From Dipteris shenzhenensis (taxonomy: Eukaryota), in NCBI GenBank assembly GCA_047967505.1, contig CM106538.1: a DNA stretch of 64,000 nt. One strand, written 5' to 3'. A program made the position numbers and the translations under genes. The notes under the pieces were generated by a model, which had not been told where the DNA came from, ran no database searches, and saw only the letters and a list, made by a program, of their open reading frames with translations. Shown here piece by piece: positions 51,373 to 64,000 of this stretch (position 1 is the stretch's first letter; every line of letters begins with the position of its first letter).

Positions 51373-52440
51373 TACATAGAAATGCACCCAAGGTATCTCA
51401 TATGAGTCTAATATTAGAGCGGAAGAGGGTCCTTAATGGTGTGTGAATTGAGGTTCAAAATTTAATACAAAGAGAGCTCAAAGATTTGACACAAAACTGA
51501 CCCAAAACCCCATAATTATGCTGAAGTGGAAGGGATATTTTCATGCTTGATTCCAAAAGGGATACTTCTTTTTGTGATATTCATACTTTTGTTATTAATT
51601 CTAATGCTTGCGCAAATCACCTATTTGATTTATAAGAATTTTTTAATAAGGAAATGTAGAGAGAAATTAAAATAGAATATCCCCCAATGGCATTCAAGTT
51701 CTTTAAAGGAGGAGGTGACACATGTACCCATAGGGGCAATATCCTATTGCCTTGTTCACAAGAAAATGTACATTTTCATGGCTTACTCATAAGGAGTAAA
51801 GTTTTAATATGACCAAAGCATTATCCTATTGCCTTGGTCACAAGAAAATATAGATTATTCATGGCATATTTATGAGGAGTAAAGGTACAACTTTTTGGTT
51901 TAATAGTTTCTCAATGTTGTGTTTTCATAAAGCGTTGAAGTTCGGCAAAATATGTTGAAAACTTGTCAATAACTTTGGTGGTTTTCCTTCATCAAAATTA
52001 AGAAAAAACTCCTTTTTTCAATATAATATGAAATCCATAACTAGAAAACTTTACTCCTATCTATTGGATTTGGTTCCCAAAATTATGCCACCATCTGCCC
52101 ATAATGAAAGTACCATAGAAGAATAACTTTTATGTTTTTTTATACACTTACACTCATACCCGCATGGCTTAGCATGCGATATAGTTTGTGCACTTACATC
52201 ATATGACATGGTTTGCCATGGGCATGGTTTGAGCAAGGTTCTTTTTCCTTAGACATAACGTGATCCTTATGCTAAGGTCGCACAAAGCATGTGATCTCTA
52301 CAATAAATAGATGCTCCATTGGAGTAAGTGAATGTATTACACTCAAAAGAAGGAAAAACAAGATCCACACAAACAAAGCACATGCCTTGGCTTTCATGTT
52401 CAAATGGATGCAAGTATCTTTCCAAAATAGAAAGATAAAG

Positions 52441-52695
52441 AAATTCATTATTATTGCATAAAGTGTGGTTAGCATTCTATGGATTTAGGATAGTTGCAAT
52501 ATTAAAAAACATGGGGCTTCCATTCTCTATAGGGTCTTTAGAGTAGACTTGCCTTGCTCTAAGAGCAGAAATTCATTATTGTTGCTTCAAGAGTGGGGTT
52601 AGCATTCTATGGATTTAGGATAGTTGCAATAGTAAAAAACATGGGGTTTCCATTCTCTATACGGTCTTTAGAGTAGACTTACCTTGCTCTAAGAG
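52441..52695. repeat. Tandem duplication, period ~129 bp
   Basis: ggttagcattctatggatttagg...ccttgctctaagag occurs twice. Confidence 0.93.
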
Positions 52696-55600
52696 TCGCC
52701 TCTTGCTTGACCTAAAATTTAAATGTAGGGGTGGACATGCAATGCAGTTTGGCCTTGTGTGATGCCAAAAAAGAAGCCACCTAAAAACCGAAGCTAGGGG
52801 TGAAGATGATATGAGGGAGAGGCCTTAACAAGGCCCTTCCAAGAAAGGCAAGTAGGAGGAAAATGCCATGTGTCAAGCAAAAAGGTTGATTGGACACTTT
52901 TCAAAGCGTCAAGTTCAAAGGGAGGGACTAGGAAACTTTTGAGTGACAAGCATTGGTTTGTAGGTAGTTTTTGATTCATAGCAGAGATTTTTGCAACGTA
53001 GGCAAAATTTTCGAAATAAAACGAATTATTTGTTTTGTATGCATGTCTAATTTTGATTGATTAAAGTATTGCTATCAAATTTTCAAATGTTGATGCATCA
53101 AATGGAGATGCTTAGCTGAATAATTTAATACTTTGAATTGTTGGGTGATTGACTACCTTTGTGGTGGTGTGCTTAAGGTCTTATGACATTGTGGTAGTTT
53201 TGTGGGAAATGGGAAAGGTGGCATGTTTGCATAAGTTATATGTGTAGCAATGGTTCTGACCCTTCTATGGGTCTAGGTTGAAAATTGGGTGATCAGGATG
53301 ATGTCCTATGTTTTCTTCTTCTTGGTCAAGTTGACTTCATTAGTGGATGTGAATTGAAGTTAAGAGTTCTAAGTAAGTTTAGTGAGTTCTTTAGTTTGTT
53401 TTTATTATTAGTGTCAGTTTAGGTTTTATATGCTTTGTATGTTAGTAGTTGTTTTTGACTCCTTTCTCTTCATCTTCTCTAGGTTGTCTTGGCTTAATGG
53501 TCTTCACATTCTATTGTTCCCTAGTCTTGCCACATATTGTAAATGGTATGTGAAGGGCCCATTAAGATTCTTGCATTTAGGGGCAATTCAGACAATGCAG
53601 ATGTCATCCTCACAAAAGGGGTGTTTCATGAGTGGAACCTTTCTATTTGATTACATAAATGTTCGACGGAAGGCTCCTTTGTCCAGCAAAATCTCCCCAC
53701 CCAAGCACTAGCCAAGAGGATGCTAACCAATTAAAAAGTGTACCGTGGAAGTAAGCTATGAGTAGAGAAGTCATTTGCCTTGTTTGAACACCCACACACA
53801 CGTGGTGATAGTCCTACCAAAGGAGGGTTTGGTTGTTGCCCTATTTGAATTTGTGATCTTGTCCTTGGTAGTGGGAGTGTTTCTCTATCCCGTTTCCATT
53901 CTCTGTTCATGACAATAACCTACCTTAACAAAGAAAGGCCTTAGTAGATTTTGCGCCTTGTCTAGAATGGAAACTCGTTTTGTGGAGAAATCCGAAATAT
54001 TTTTAAAACATATTTACTTTCCCCACACTCACCCACCCACTCACACACTCATGGTCCACTATGAGGGATGTGTCCGCTTGAGGCCAAGCAATAGGATTTG
54101 AATGTACTATGATGTTGGATTTCACACTTGAGTAGATGCCTATTTGTGAAAGTCGGTCGTGCCAATGAGAATGTGCACCCCCTTTCTCCTTGCTTTCACA
54201 AGCATTAGAATGGGTTGTAGCAAAAGAATATGTGGTTGTTGAGTTACAGATGAGCAAAAAGGCAAACCTAAGTGAGATGTCCGAATGGAATCTACCAATT
54301 GTAGGGTGTTATGGGGGAACTGCACCTGGCCCTCACAAATATGATCTAGCCCATCAACCACCTGACCAATTATTATCGACAATATTTATTATGATTGCCC
54401 CGCTAGGGGGAGGCCATACCAATGATTCACGTTCATGTCTAAAGCGAAAACAAGCTAGAGCCCCCCCTCCCTGCAAGCCCTTGCCCCCCTGCAACAACAA
54501 TTGATTTCTCCATCCCCTGTGGCTACTTTAGCAGCTTTTTTGGTCTCTCGGCAGCAACTTGTGCTGCTTGTTATATGTGCAAAATTCGGGCGCGCCCATG
54601 TTCTACGAGGACACAAGTTTCCAAGAAAAACAAGTGAAAGAAATGAATGACTTTTGTCATTCATAAGGCCTGCTCAAAATGTAACCGATCAAAGCATCAC
54701 ACCTATTTTAGAAGCAAATTAATCCTAAAAATTCTGAATTTCTGCTTTACAAATGGTAAGAGTGCGTTCCCACGTAGTGCTTTTCAACGCTGAGGGAGCA
54801 TCGCTCAAGTGTAGGTGGGCATTTTTGAGCAAGTGTTCCTACTCATTGCTTGCCCTCTATGCGTCTAGCATGCCTGCTCATGTCAGTTGAAAATGATGCT
54901 TATGTCAGCCCAAAAACCTGGAATGGACATAAACGTGCATTGCCACAATTTGGCATTGTAAATGTCGAGTTAGTTGTGGGAACGTTGCGAACTTTTGAAG
55001 ATACTACTACTACGACCTAGTATTTTAGCCACTCTGGGAATGGGCTCTATGGCTACCGCGAGGGTAGGCCAAAACCGTTTTGGCCTGCCCTCTGTGGGTA
55101 GGGTATATATAGGAATGGTTCAAATCTTGAAAGGTAAAATAAGGTTTTATTTATTAGAATGACGTGTAAAATAGGGATTGGTTGTTTGTTGCATGGGGAA
55201 TGGAGATCTTTCGTGATACCATGTGCTATAGAACGATTGGGGGTTGCTTGCATTCCCCTTAAAAGCAAAATTGCTCAATATGCGAACTTCGTTATGGAGC
55301 GCCGTCTCTACAGCCTGGCCTCCAGTTCCTGCAAAGTGCGGAGTGGCTATGGGGCGCTTTGCGTGCTGTTTTTACGGCCCTCCTCCTTCTGTTGCTGCTC
55401 GTTGACGGCTAGTATTATGGAATGTTCTCTCTTGGAATTGAATGGGCTGTGGCGTTTGAGTGCCAGAGCTGTAAAGGCGCCGTTCAACGTTGGTGCGCTC
55501 TCTTCTATCAAATATGGCGACGATTTAGTAATCATGCTTATTGCAGGTTCCCGCTTCTATATAACGGAGGTAGTCATGTGTTGCGCTCACTCGTCGTTCG

Positions 55601-55794
55601 GGATTGTGAGCAATTTTCCTCTTCCTCCAAACTTTGTCATGGCTGAATTCAATGTCCTTCCCGAGGCGATTAACTGAGATGGCTCAACAAGACGAAAGTG
55701 GAGGATATCTTTCTGGTTCACGCTTTGCAAATCTGCCGTCCTTTCAATACAAATGCTTTCGCCTGTTTGAAGCAATCGTCAAACACGTAATTCT

Positions 55795-55974
55795 ATTCTT
55801 TGTTTGGTCTTGCAGATTCGGCAACTTCAGCAAAGGTGAATGCTATACATGTCTCCTGCGCGGTTTCTCCTGCTACCCCTGTGCATTCTTTGTTTGGTCT
55901 TGCAGATTCGGCAACTTCAGCGAAGGTGAATGCTATACATGCCTCCTGCGCGGTTTCTCCTGCTACCCCTGTGC
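55795..55974. repeat. Tandem duplication, period 90 bp
   Basis: 55795-55884 vs 55885-55974, two substitutions seen. Confidence 0.95.
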
Positions 55975-56912
55975 TCTTGAGCAGTGTCGGCAAACCACCC
56001 AAAGATAATCTGTTCGTCAAACAGTCAGCGATCCACAAATCATCAAAGAAGTCTTTGAAGAAAGCACTTTTGGCGACACGTGAAATGTCCACCTAGCACA
56101 CACGAAAACGAACACTTGTAAAAGTTTTTCTTTTATAAAATTTTGTTTCACTTTACTTTGCAATCACTTTACCTTTGTCGTGAACAGTCTGTTGTTCAAT
56201 GCAGGTATATACTATATGAATCGCCGCCTTTCAACATACTGCTGCACTTACAGCATCTGCAGTAAAGAAGTGACGTTAAAATAGCAGGATGATGAATCTG
56301 AGAGCTCCATAGATTAACCTTCTAGTTTTTAAGTTGCGACAATGGAACGCAATATATTTATTAGATATTATGCCCATACATCAACATACTACATTGTTGT
56401 TTAAGTTTATACTGTTTGTAGTTTTTAGTTTTAAGTAATGCTTCTATGGACTTTAAGTTTGACTAACATCTATAACATATAATTTTTATTTACTTTGTAC
56501 ATCTTTCGACCATTTCATGAAAAGTAATAATTTGGCATGTTCTTTACATTTTGTAGTAACACTCTTGAAATCATAAATGAAAGTAATTTATTATTTATGG
56601 TAAAAAATAATCAATAATAAGAGATTATACTTTATTGAAATTGTGAGGAGTTCTTACACAAATTCAACATTATTTACAGCAAGCAAAATTTCTTCATCAC
56701 CGAAGATGAATGTTGCAAAGCATGGAAACTCACAAGTGTTTGAAAATGAAGGTCATGAACACATTTTTGTGCCTAGCCATGGTAACCCACAAGCCATAGT
56801 TGTTGCACAAAACCATGCTTTAGTCCCCCCCAGTTATATATATTTGGCAACTTGCTAATTATTCTCTTCCAGTTATATATATTTGGCAACTTGCTAATTG
56901 TCTAACACATAG

Positions 56913-58035
56913 GTTTGCATTTGAAGGAAAACTTCTAGTTAAGTATGGCACATTTAAGGCCAAAGATGATAGGCACAACTGTGATACTCTCACTTTAGTT
57001 GTGTCACATGCATATGTTGATGAGTTCAAAGATAAGCTAGAAGTTGATTCCTTCTATAGGATAGAGGGTCCTACTATGTTGAAGAAAGGTCAAGGGGAGG
57101 GTGGCACATGCCGATATTCTATACACCTTGATGCCACAACCACAATAGTAAAAGGTGAGCCATTTGAAGGTACTATTACCTTGTTAAATGACCACAAAAT
57201 AGCAACGTATGTACCCCATGTTATGAGATATTGTAGGTCTATAAAGAACATAACTATGGCTATGGGCACAATATCATTTGTTATCATCAAAGTTGACATA
57301 GACGGAGGTGTTACTGATCAACTAGTCATTGCTAATGGACTAAGACACGAAGATCGTGCAGCTGTAAGTTTCTAGCACATAATAGTAGATTTTTTAAAGA
57401 ACGTTTTTTTTACAACATCCTCTCTAAATGTTCACTGGATTGCAGTTGACATTCGTGAATGAGCGAAAGAGCCTCTTTACGTGGCTATTGTGTGTGTTTG
57501 ACTTTACTATCCTTGCAAATGTTCTTGAAGGCCCAAACAAAGAACTCACCCAAGCATTTATCACACAAGTTGTAAACCTTGGCTACGGTCGTATGAGAAA
57601 GTCTTGCACTTTCTTTCAAATAAGCAAATAAAACGTTTAATAAAGTTTGCTAAGGATATTTTTTTGCAGGTTACCGGATTGCTTGTGTTCACGAACCTCA
57701 ACTCCCAGCTTGTCGAATTTTGCAGTGGAGTTTGTACTGACACACATGTTAGTAGAGATCAGAATAAGCCAATTTGCTATAGTTGTGATTGTGCGCATCC
57801 CATTTGCTAGACTCCGAGCTTGACCTGGAAGATAGTTCAACGTGGAGGCGACGAGACCATTGTTCAGCTACGTGGGTCGCACGTCAATACCATAATTTCA
57901 CTTGAGGCTCCTTTCATGGAACTTCACAATGAAAGTGTTCTTCGTGCATGCTCTATTTTGCATTGCACTAAGCGTAGTGGAACTTTCACTGTGAATAGCT
58001 TGGGCCATATTATTGCCTTTGATGCACAAACTTGA
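56913..58035 (+). pseudogene. RPA70-like OB-fold gene with Zn-ribbon-like motif, Helitron-associated, spliced
   Basis: FEGKLLVKY...LTLVVSHAYVDEFKDKLEVDSFYRI matches the RPA1 OB-fold pattern. Phase-0 intron 57364-57445; acceptor at 57669. FCSGVC...ICYSCDC; one internal stop. Confidence 0.55.
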
Positions 58036-58989
58036 AAGTATTCACTTGTGGTGATATTATGTTGATCTCATGATATTCTCCTTGATGCTAAACTGCTTCT
58101 TGTTGCAGTTCATTGTATTTAGCACTTTGTGCTATTGCTTCTATCTTGTGCAATAGAATTGGATGTTTCATTCAATTAGCAAAGCCTTGATAGTCTTGAT
58201 AAATTAGATGTACACAAGAACTTAAACTTCACAACCAAAAACCATCACAACACTGATATCTTGAAATGGTTGGTTGAATTGATGCCCTCGCACACATATT
58301 CATAATTGTTATGTCTTCTTGCAAATAGTATTCAAACTAATGCAACTTCAACTAATAATCCTTAGGTTAATCTTTGCATTGTTGGATCGAGTACAAACAA
58401 TCAAACCAACTATCTCAACCATATATTTACCAACATGGTTTCGAACATATCAACATCAAGAGCTTTGCTATTTAGTTGCTTAACATACTTATGCAAGGAA
58501 TTGAAAAGTTCATTCATAGTAGTATGCCAAAACTCCAGTGAAATATACAAAGTTTTTGAGGTTACATTTGAAAGTACATCAAACTCGTATACACTTTTAC
58601 TTAATGAAACTACTATTCCAATTCAAATTTCTCCCTTGCAAGGAAAGTGTATTAAGCATGGATACATTTCATGGGATGCTAACAATGAAAATAACTTAGC
58701 ACTTAAGGCTTCAAAGAAATCCAAACCTAAGTGCTAGGGAGGTTGCTAGCATATGTAAGGCAACTCACATTTATGCTATGTTTCCAATACAATCTATTAT
58801 TTAAAAGATATATAGGATGAATGAAGCAAATATTAAAACATCTAGAGCATGCGAGGTGAAACTTACAATGGACAAAATACACAATGTACCAAAAATGAAT
58901 GTTGCTAAGTGAAACAACAAAGTCACATACAATAAAAGATAATGCTACAAGGAAAAGAAAAAGACAAGATAACAATCATCAACCTAAGT

Positions 58990-59852
58990 ACTTGAAAACA
59001 TTAGAAGACACACCTAAGCATGCTTGTAGAAGTTGTAACACATTAACTTTTTGTTCAAAGTTTTAAAAAAAACCCAACTATGTCTACGTTCTTGTTAGAG
59101 AATAAGTTATTGGTGGCCCACTTTCCTCAAAGGAAAAACACATATGTTCAATTTGTTTCAAAAGTATTAAAAACAACATCTTGCCTACTTTTTGCAAAAC
59201 AAATATGCCTCTTTCAATGAAAACAATGCACACAAGCTCCTTAAAGGAAATTGAAGCAAGACTTGTTTCAATTAGAATCCCTTTTGCCCAGATACGTGAG
59301 CTCACTTTTGACGGGCAATATGGCTTGAAGGGAGTGTAGTGAACGTATTCGCTGACACAGAGAGAGCTCAAAAAGTTCTCCTTAGGTTTTTAATAGATGG
59401 AGCAACATCTATGGTTGCCATAAAAAGAAAGCTTGAGTATACTCATTATTATATGAGTGGCTTAGTTAGACCTACTCTTACTATGCATGCTCTAAATGAG
59501 CTTCTATCAAGTCCACTGTACAAACAATACAACATCAAATTGAATGACATTAAATGGACAACTCACATAGAACCACTGCAAAAAGAAAGCTCAATACAAA
59601 CTATATCAAATAGTACTATAGGAGCTGACAATGAGGACATTTCAACTAACACATTGGTACATGGAATTTACACAAGTCAACAAGTAGTGGATTTTGATAA
59701 CAAAAGCATATGTATAGCTCCTTCATAAGGTTTTTCACCATTGAGTCTTTTTAAAGACATACATTATGAAGAACTTGCATTTCCAAACTTATTCTATGGC
59801 CATTCGCAATCATACAATTTGCCTAAATGTACATCCTACCAAGAAATTGCAC
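58990..59852 (+). mobile_element. Helentron/Helitron2-type RepHel N-terminal region
   Basis: ACRSC...ICSICF; LKEIEARLVSIRIPFAQIREL..GQYGLKG.VVNV; AIKRKLEY; IAPS*GFSPLSLFKD..YEELAFPNLFYG. Confidence 0.8.
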
Positions 59853-61848
59853 GTTGCATTGATAACATTGTTGGCTTGTTTGAGAAAATCCATGCATCCT
59901 TCGTTGGGCTTGCTTGGCAAAGATCTCCACACAATATGACATCTACACTGCCAAAAGGCTTAGAGTGATTGTGCTTTATCTCGTGCATATGCATGTCAGT
60001 TGCAATATATGTGTTTTGACCAACCAATGATATTTCATCAATAACTAGTAGGTCGACGTCTTTGTAAAGGGTAGAGAGTGTTTGCAATGATTTTGCACAT
60101 AAAGATTTGTATGTACATGTCATTAGTGGGAGGTGTAGCGCAAAGTGTATTGTGTTCCCACTTACATTAATGAATGCAGCTTTTCCAGCGTAAGCTAAAA
60201 CCAATATTTTCAGAAGCGTAGCATCTCTTGTGTCTCGATGGCAATAGTGTCTTAGCAAACCTTGGATCAATATAAGCAGAGTGAATGTCTTGCTAGTTCC
60301 TGCATTTCCAAACAAAAGAATATGAAGAGCTACAGATGGACATAGGCGTTTCTTCAATAGAATGTCTTCAACTATTGTGTGCTGCTCTATATTCAAAGAG
60401 TGTATTGAAGAATGGTATTCATTGTTGGGTTATGCTTTGTATGTGAAATGTATGCTTTCAATGAATTGTTTTCGTTTTTGAGTCTTTGGAATTTCTACTT
60501 GGAGGTCAAACTCTTGTCTACTTTGAGCACGATCAATGTTTACAGTAGATGATGAGTTTGTATTGGTTGAAAATGATGGTAAAGGTTTTTATTCCATTAT
60601 TTTGTTAAAAGTGGCTTTGTTTGTCTCTATTATGATTTTGTTTTCCTTGTAGAAATCATGCCACGTTGGTATTTCATCACTTAATATATGCTCTGATTCT
60701 ATGAAAGGCAAGTATAGAAGACATAACTCCCTAAAATGTTTCTCTGGATCCTTATTCTTATTATAGTTGTTGAAATGAATAATTCGGTGTCGCTTCCTCT
60801 TCTTTGTTATGCTTGTGCTGCCACCATAGTCACTAACAAACGATGCCAAACAAACTTCTTGCATGGTAGTTCGGTGTTCCAGGTATTTTGTGATTACATC
60901 AGCAAAGAAGATGTCGTTGCTTTCAGGGCTTAACTTCTCTAGCTCGTCCTTCATTTAAGCAAAAAAGTTCGTTCTTCTAGGGGGCTGGTGTTTATGTAAG
61001 AGAATTCTCTAGTACTTGATGTGAGTGGCAATGATAGGCACAAGTACACTGCTTGTTGGGCACTTATGTGTTGTGTGTTTAGTAATGCATTCCCTACCTT
61101 TTGTAGGTGATCATTTGCAAGTGAGTTCGATTGAATACACTTCGTGAAAGCTTTGCGAATGGCTTCATTGGTATCCTTGTCTATTTTCGTCATATAAGAA
61201 GTGCAGTATGCTACCGCTCCATGTGGATTCAAAATAAATTGTAGGTTAGTATTAGCTCCCCATAACTTAGATATTATTGGGTTAAAGTTATTAGAGAATA
61301 TATCTTTGGGATCACGCTTTAAGAAAATTGTTGGTTGAGTTATACTAGAACGTAGTGTAAGAATGTATTCTTAGTGTGTAATCTCAAGTTCTTCTAGATA
61401 TTCATCAAATGTTAACTGAAGTGTGATTGGGTTGTCTAAAAGTGTAGTGATATCTTTCATTATTTGTTTCCATGTACTGAGCAAGTTATTCTCATTTAAA
61501 GGCAAGAGGAGTTTGGTTGCTTGCATTGGAGGATGCGGGAATCCGAAGCGGCATTTTTTATTTCTCCTTTTTATGTTTATGACCTTGGATTTCTAGAGTT
61601 CCTAGGTCAAGCTTTGACATATCGCAACATATTTATTTATCAACATATGTTTCTATCTCTTCATTTGTTGACACACAGTGATTGCTCAATCCAAAGCAGT
61701 CCATGGTCATGCTGGCTTCTGTAGTTTTGAAATTTTGTAACGAAGAAAAAGTCCGTGACTTTGCCTAGGATGGAAGAATCTTGTTTTAGAAGTCTTTTCA
61801 TTGCTTGGAACCTATGGACATAATATTGAGCTGTTGTGACAGGGTCGT
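59853..61848 (-). mobile_element. Inverted central RepHel segment: HUH Rep motifs and N-half of PIF1 helicase
   Basis: DPVTTAQYY..RF; VTKFQNYRSQHDHGLLW (EFQxRGxxHxH); CRFGFPHPP; AYCTSYMTK (YxxxY); ISAQQAVY; FRELCLLYLPF; helicase GNAGTSKT, GKAA, TIH, LVIDEISLV, PFG..VILCGDLCQ. Confidence 0.92.
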
Positions 61849-61896
61849 GTAGATTGTGACAATTCACAATGCAATGGTGTCAATGCAGCAAACAAA

Positions 61897-62425
61897 TTTT
61901 TCCCAGGTCGGATGCCACCTACTGCAGAGGTAGGCAACTGGTTGACCCGAACACTGGCTAGCTCGTTTGTTCGTAAGGTACACTATGCAGCCAAAGGCTT
62001 TTTTGAGGTCATTATGGTAGATGAGGTTCACAGGCAAATGCTTTTGGAACATTCGCCACTCTTTTTCGGGCCTGCACGTTTTGCCATGGCCCCCCACAAG
62101 GGATTATCAGGCTCTGATTCGACATCGATGTCCGGTCTAGGTTGAAGTTGTAGACTTCCCACAATGCATGGCTTCACTCTTGCCTAAAATTGCAGCAACT
62201 TTATGCAAAGTGGTTTGCCCACCGCAGCCTAACAGTAACTCTAATCGATTTTGCATTCTCTGGGATATTGATAATCCCACACCGGAGTCTTATTCAATCA
62301 TGGTGAACAATGTTGACATGGGAAGTGTATTTTATGAATTGAAATGGGGATTGTTTGTAGGGGCTTGTTTTCAATGTAAAAGATTTGGGCACATGGCTTC
62401 GCAGTGCCCCAATGAGTCAGCATAA
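61897..62425 (+). mobile_element. L1-type ORF1 fragment (DUF4283-like + zinc knuckle) inserted in the Helitron
   Basis: VHYAAKGFFEV..; ACFQCKRFGHMASQCP. Confidence 0.65.
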
Positions 62426-62429
62426 AATG

Positions 62430-63658
62430 CCTCCTACTACTTTGCTTGCTCAGATGCCCAATAAGGATGCTCGCGGACTCTCACTGAAGGACACATGCAC
62501 AATTTAAGCTCAACCAAGCCTGGGATAATAGTCGAACTATGTTCCGAAAATCTTGACATTTCAGATGGGCTAGTTAATGGAGCTGATGCTATTTTTATGA
62601 GCTTGGATATTGAAAAAAAACCTCCCAGAGCATGGTTGCAATTCACAGATACGAGGATAGGTTCAAAGCCATGAAATGCGAACTTAGCATTGTACACAAA
62701 CAAAGAGAAGCTTTCATGGACACCTATTTTGCAAGTTACTCGAGAATTTCAAGTGGGCAAGAACTTCCTCAATAGTGTATGTCGCCATCAATTCCCAATA
62801 CAACCAGCTGTTGCTAGAATAATCCAAGGACTCTCGATGAGTACATTAGGTTTTGATCTAACATGAATAAAATCACACGGCCTAACATATACAATGTTGT
62901 TACGTATACGAGATCCAATAAACCTTTACATGGTATAGCCAATTCTAATGAAGCATATCAAAGTTCACATGTCTGTTCTGGAAGAGATCGAAATATTGAG
63001 GAAGAAAAGAGCTTAGAAATTGGACTTTGTGAATTTCACTATGCTTAACAGTACATACGAAATATTGCAATCACTTAACACCCGCACTTTTCACAAAAAT
63101 AAGCAAGACATACTTGAAATTTTCAACATTCTTGCATCCCAAATATTTTGCTTGCAAGAAATACACAACAATTCCTTTACAGACATGCACATTGAAGGTT
63201 TCAAATATATCTCACAATCAATGGGAGTTGGAATTTGTACTTACTGCAAAGACAACATTAAACTTATAAAACATCAACACTTCTTGGAAAATAACTTTCA
63301 ATGTTTACTTACTATCTTTGAAACTGAATCATTGAACAAACTAGTCATACTTAATGTATACAAGCACCCAATAGCTACAACAAATAATGTTATAAAACTG
63401 CTCAATAGCATCCTCAAAGATTTGGATTCCAACATACCTACTTACATTTTAGGGGATTTCAACATGGATTTTACTTTGAAGAATGCGAACATGGAGAAAC
63501 TTAGCATTTTCATGGGACATTTCAATATGAAACAGCTCATTCATCAACCAACTACAATACATAACTCAACATTAGATCATATTTGGACAAACATTTGCGA
63601 CAAAAATACAATTATAGGTACCCACTATGCATATTGGTTAGATCATTCCTTAATATAA
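62430..63658 (+). mobile_element. RepHel C-terminus: PIF1 motifs followed by APE-type endonuclease
   Basis: NLDISDGLVNGAD; RHQFPIQPAVAR..QGLS; HGLTYTMLLRIR (motif VI). APE: SLNTR, IFCLQE, NVYKHP, ILGDFN, PTT..STLDHIWTN, DH. Confidence 0.9.
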
Positions 63659-64000
63659 ACAACTCTTTCTAGTCAAATCATTCCTTAACATACCACTTCG
63701 TTGGCAGGCCTTTTGAATGTAATTCATCTTGTTTCATTAGGGCTGCCGTACAGTGTGAATTGCTCAAGAGAACGTACCCTTAGGGAGGGAAGGTGTGTGT
63801 GGGGATTTCAAGGTCCCAAGAAGGAAGCTTGGGGCCTAAGGAAGGGAAAGGGGCCATTAGATGGAGGATCGAACGGCGGGGGTGAGGACAAGTGGAAGGG
63901 GTGAAATTATCGGACGTGGAGCAAGATAGAACTTGCAAAGTCAATTCAAGGGGCAGCAACGAAGAGGAAAACGGATGCACAAGAAAGAAGCTCAAGCTCT

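Noticed and set aside
54040-54504. Mutator-type PB1-like transposase N-terminus (LMVHYEG)
   Set aside because: One short motif only; no DDE domain or TIRs found
51325-61896. 10.5-kb DNA transposon bounded by 48-bp TIRs
   Set aside because: No TSD, the left copy is part of a tandem repeat, and the Helitron ORF continues beyond the right copy

Overview
Eukaryotic, TE-rich land-plant DNA. The CLASP sequence and TE types suggest a large-genome non-seed plant such as a fern (inference). 1-19.4 kb holds the 3' 15 coding exons (about 1132 aa, intact GT-AG splicing) of a CLASP microtubule-associated protein gene on +. Its three largest introns contain a non-L1-type LINE, a Ty3/gypsy remnant, and Ty1/copia plus L1 debris. 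The remaining ~44 kb contains no intact host gene that I can recognise. It is nested, decayed mobile DNA: copia remnants, a dual-RNase-H Ty3/gypsy pol with its LTR, and a rearranged endonuclease-bearing Helitron (Helentron type) next to an RPA70-like OB-fold gene. The most unusual part is a 24-42 kb block of compact, decayed accessory genes. It includes two atypical DWG-type protein kinases, a BAH-domain gene, a very acidic protein, a Cys-rich ORF, and a ~340-codon histone H3-like gene. That gene's long N-terminal extension carries two internal copies of the H3 K4/K9 tail motif. Together these are a candidate chromatin-manipulating cargo module of a large mobile or viral element. Domain calls come from motif recognition by eye; no searches were run.
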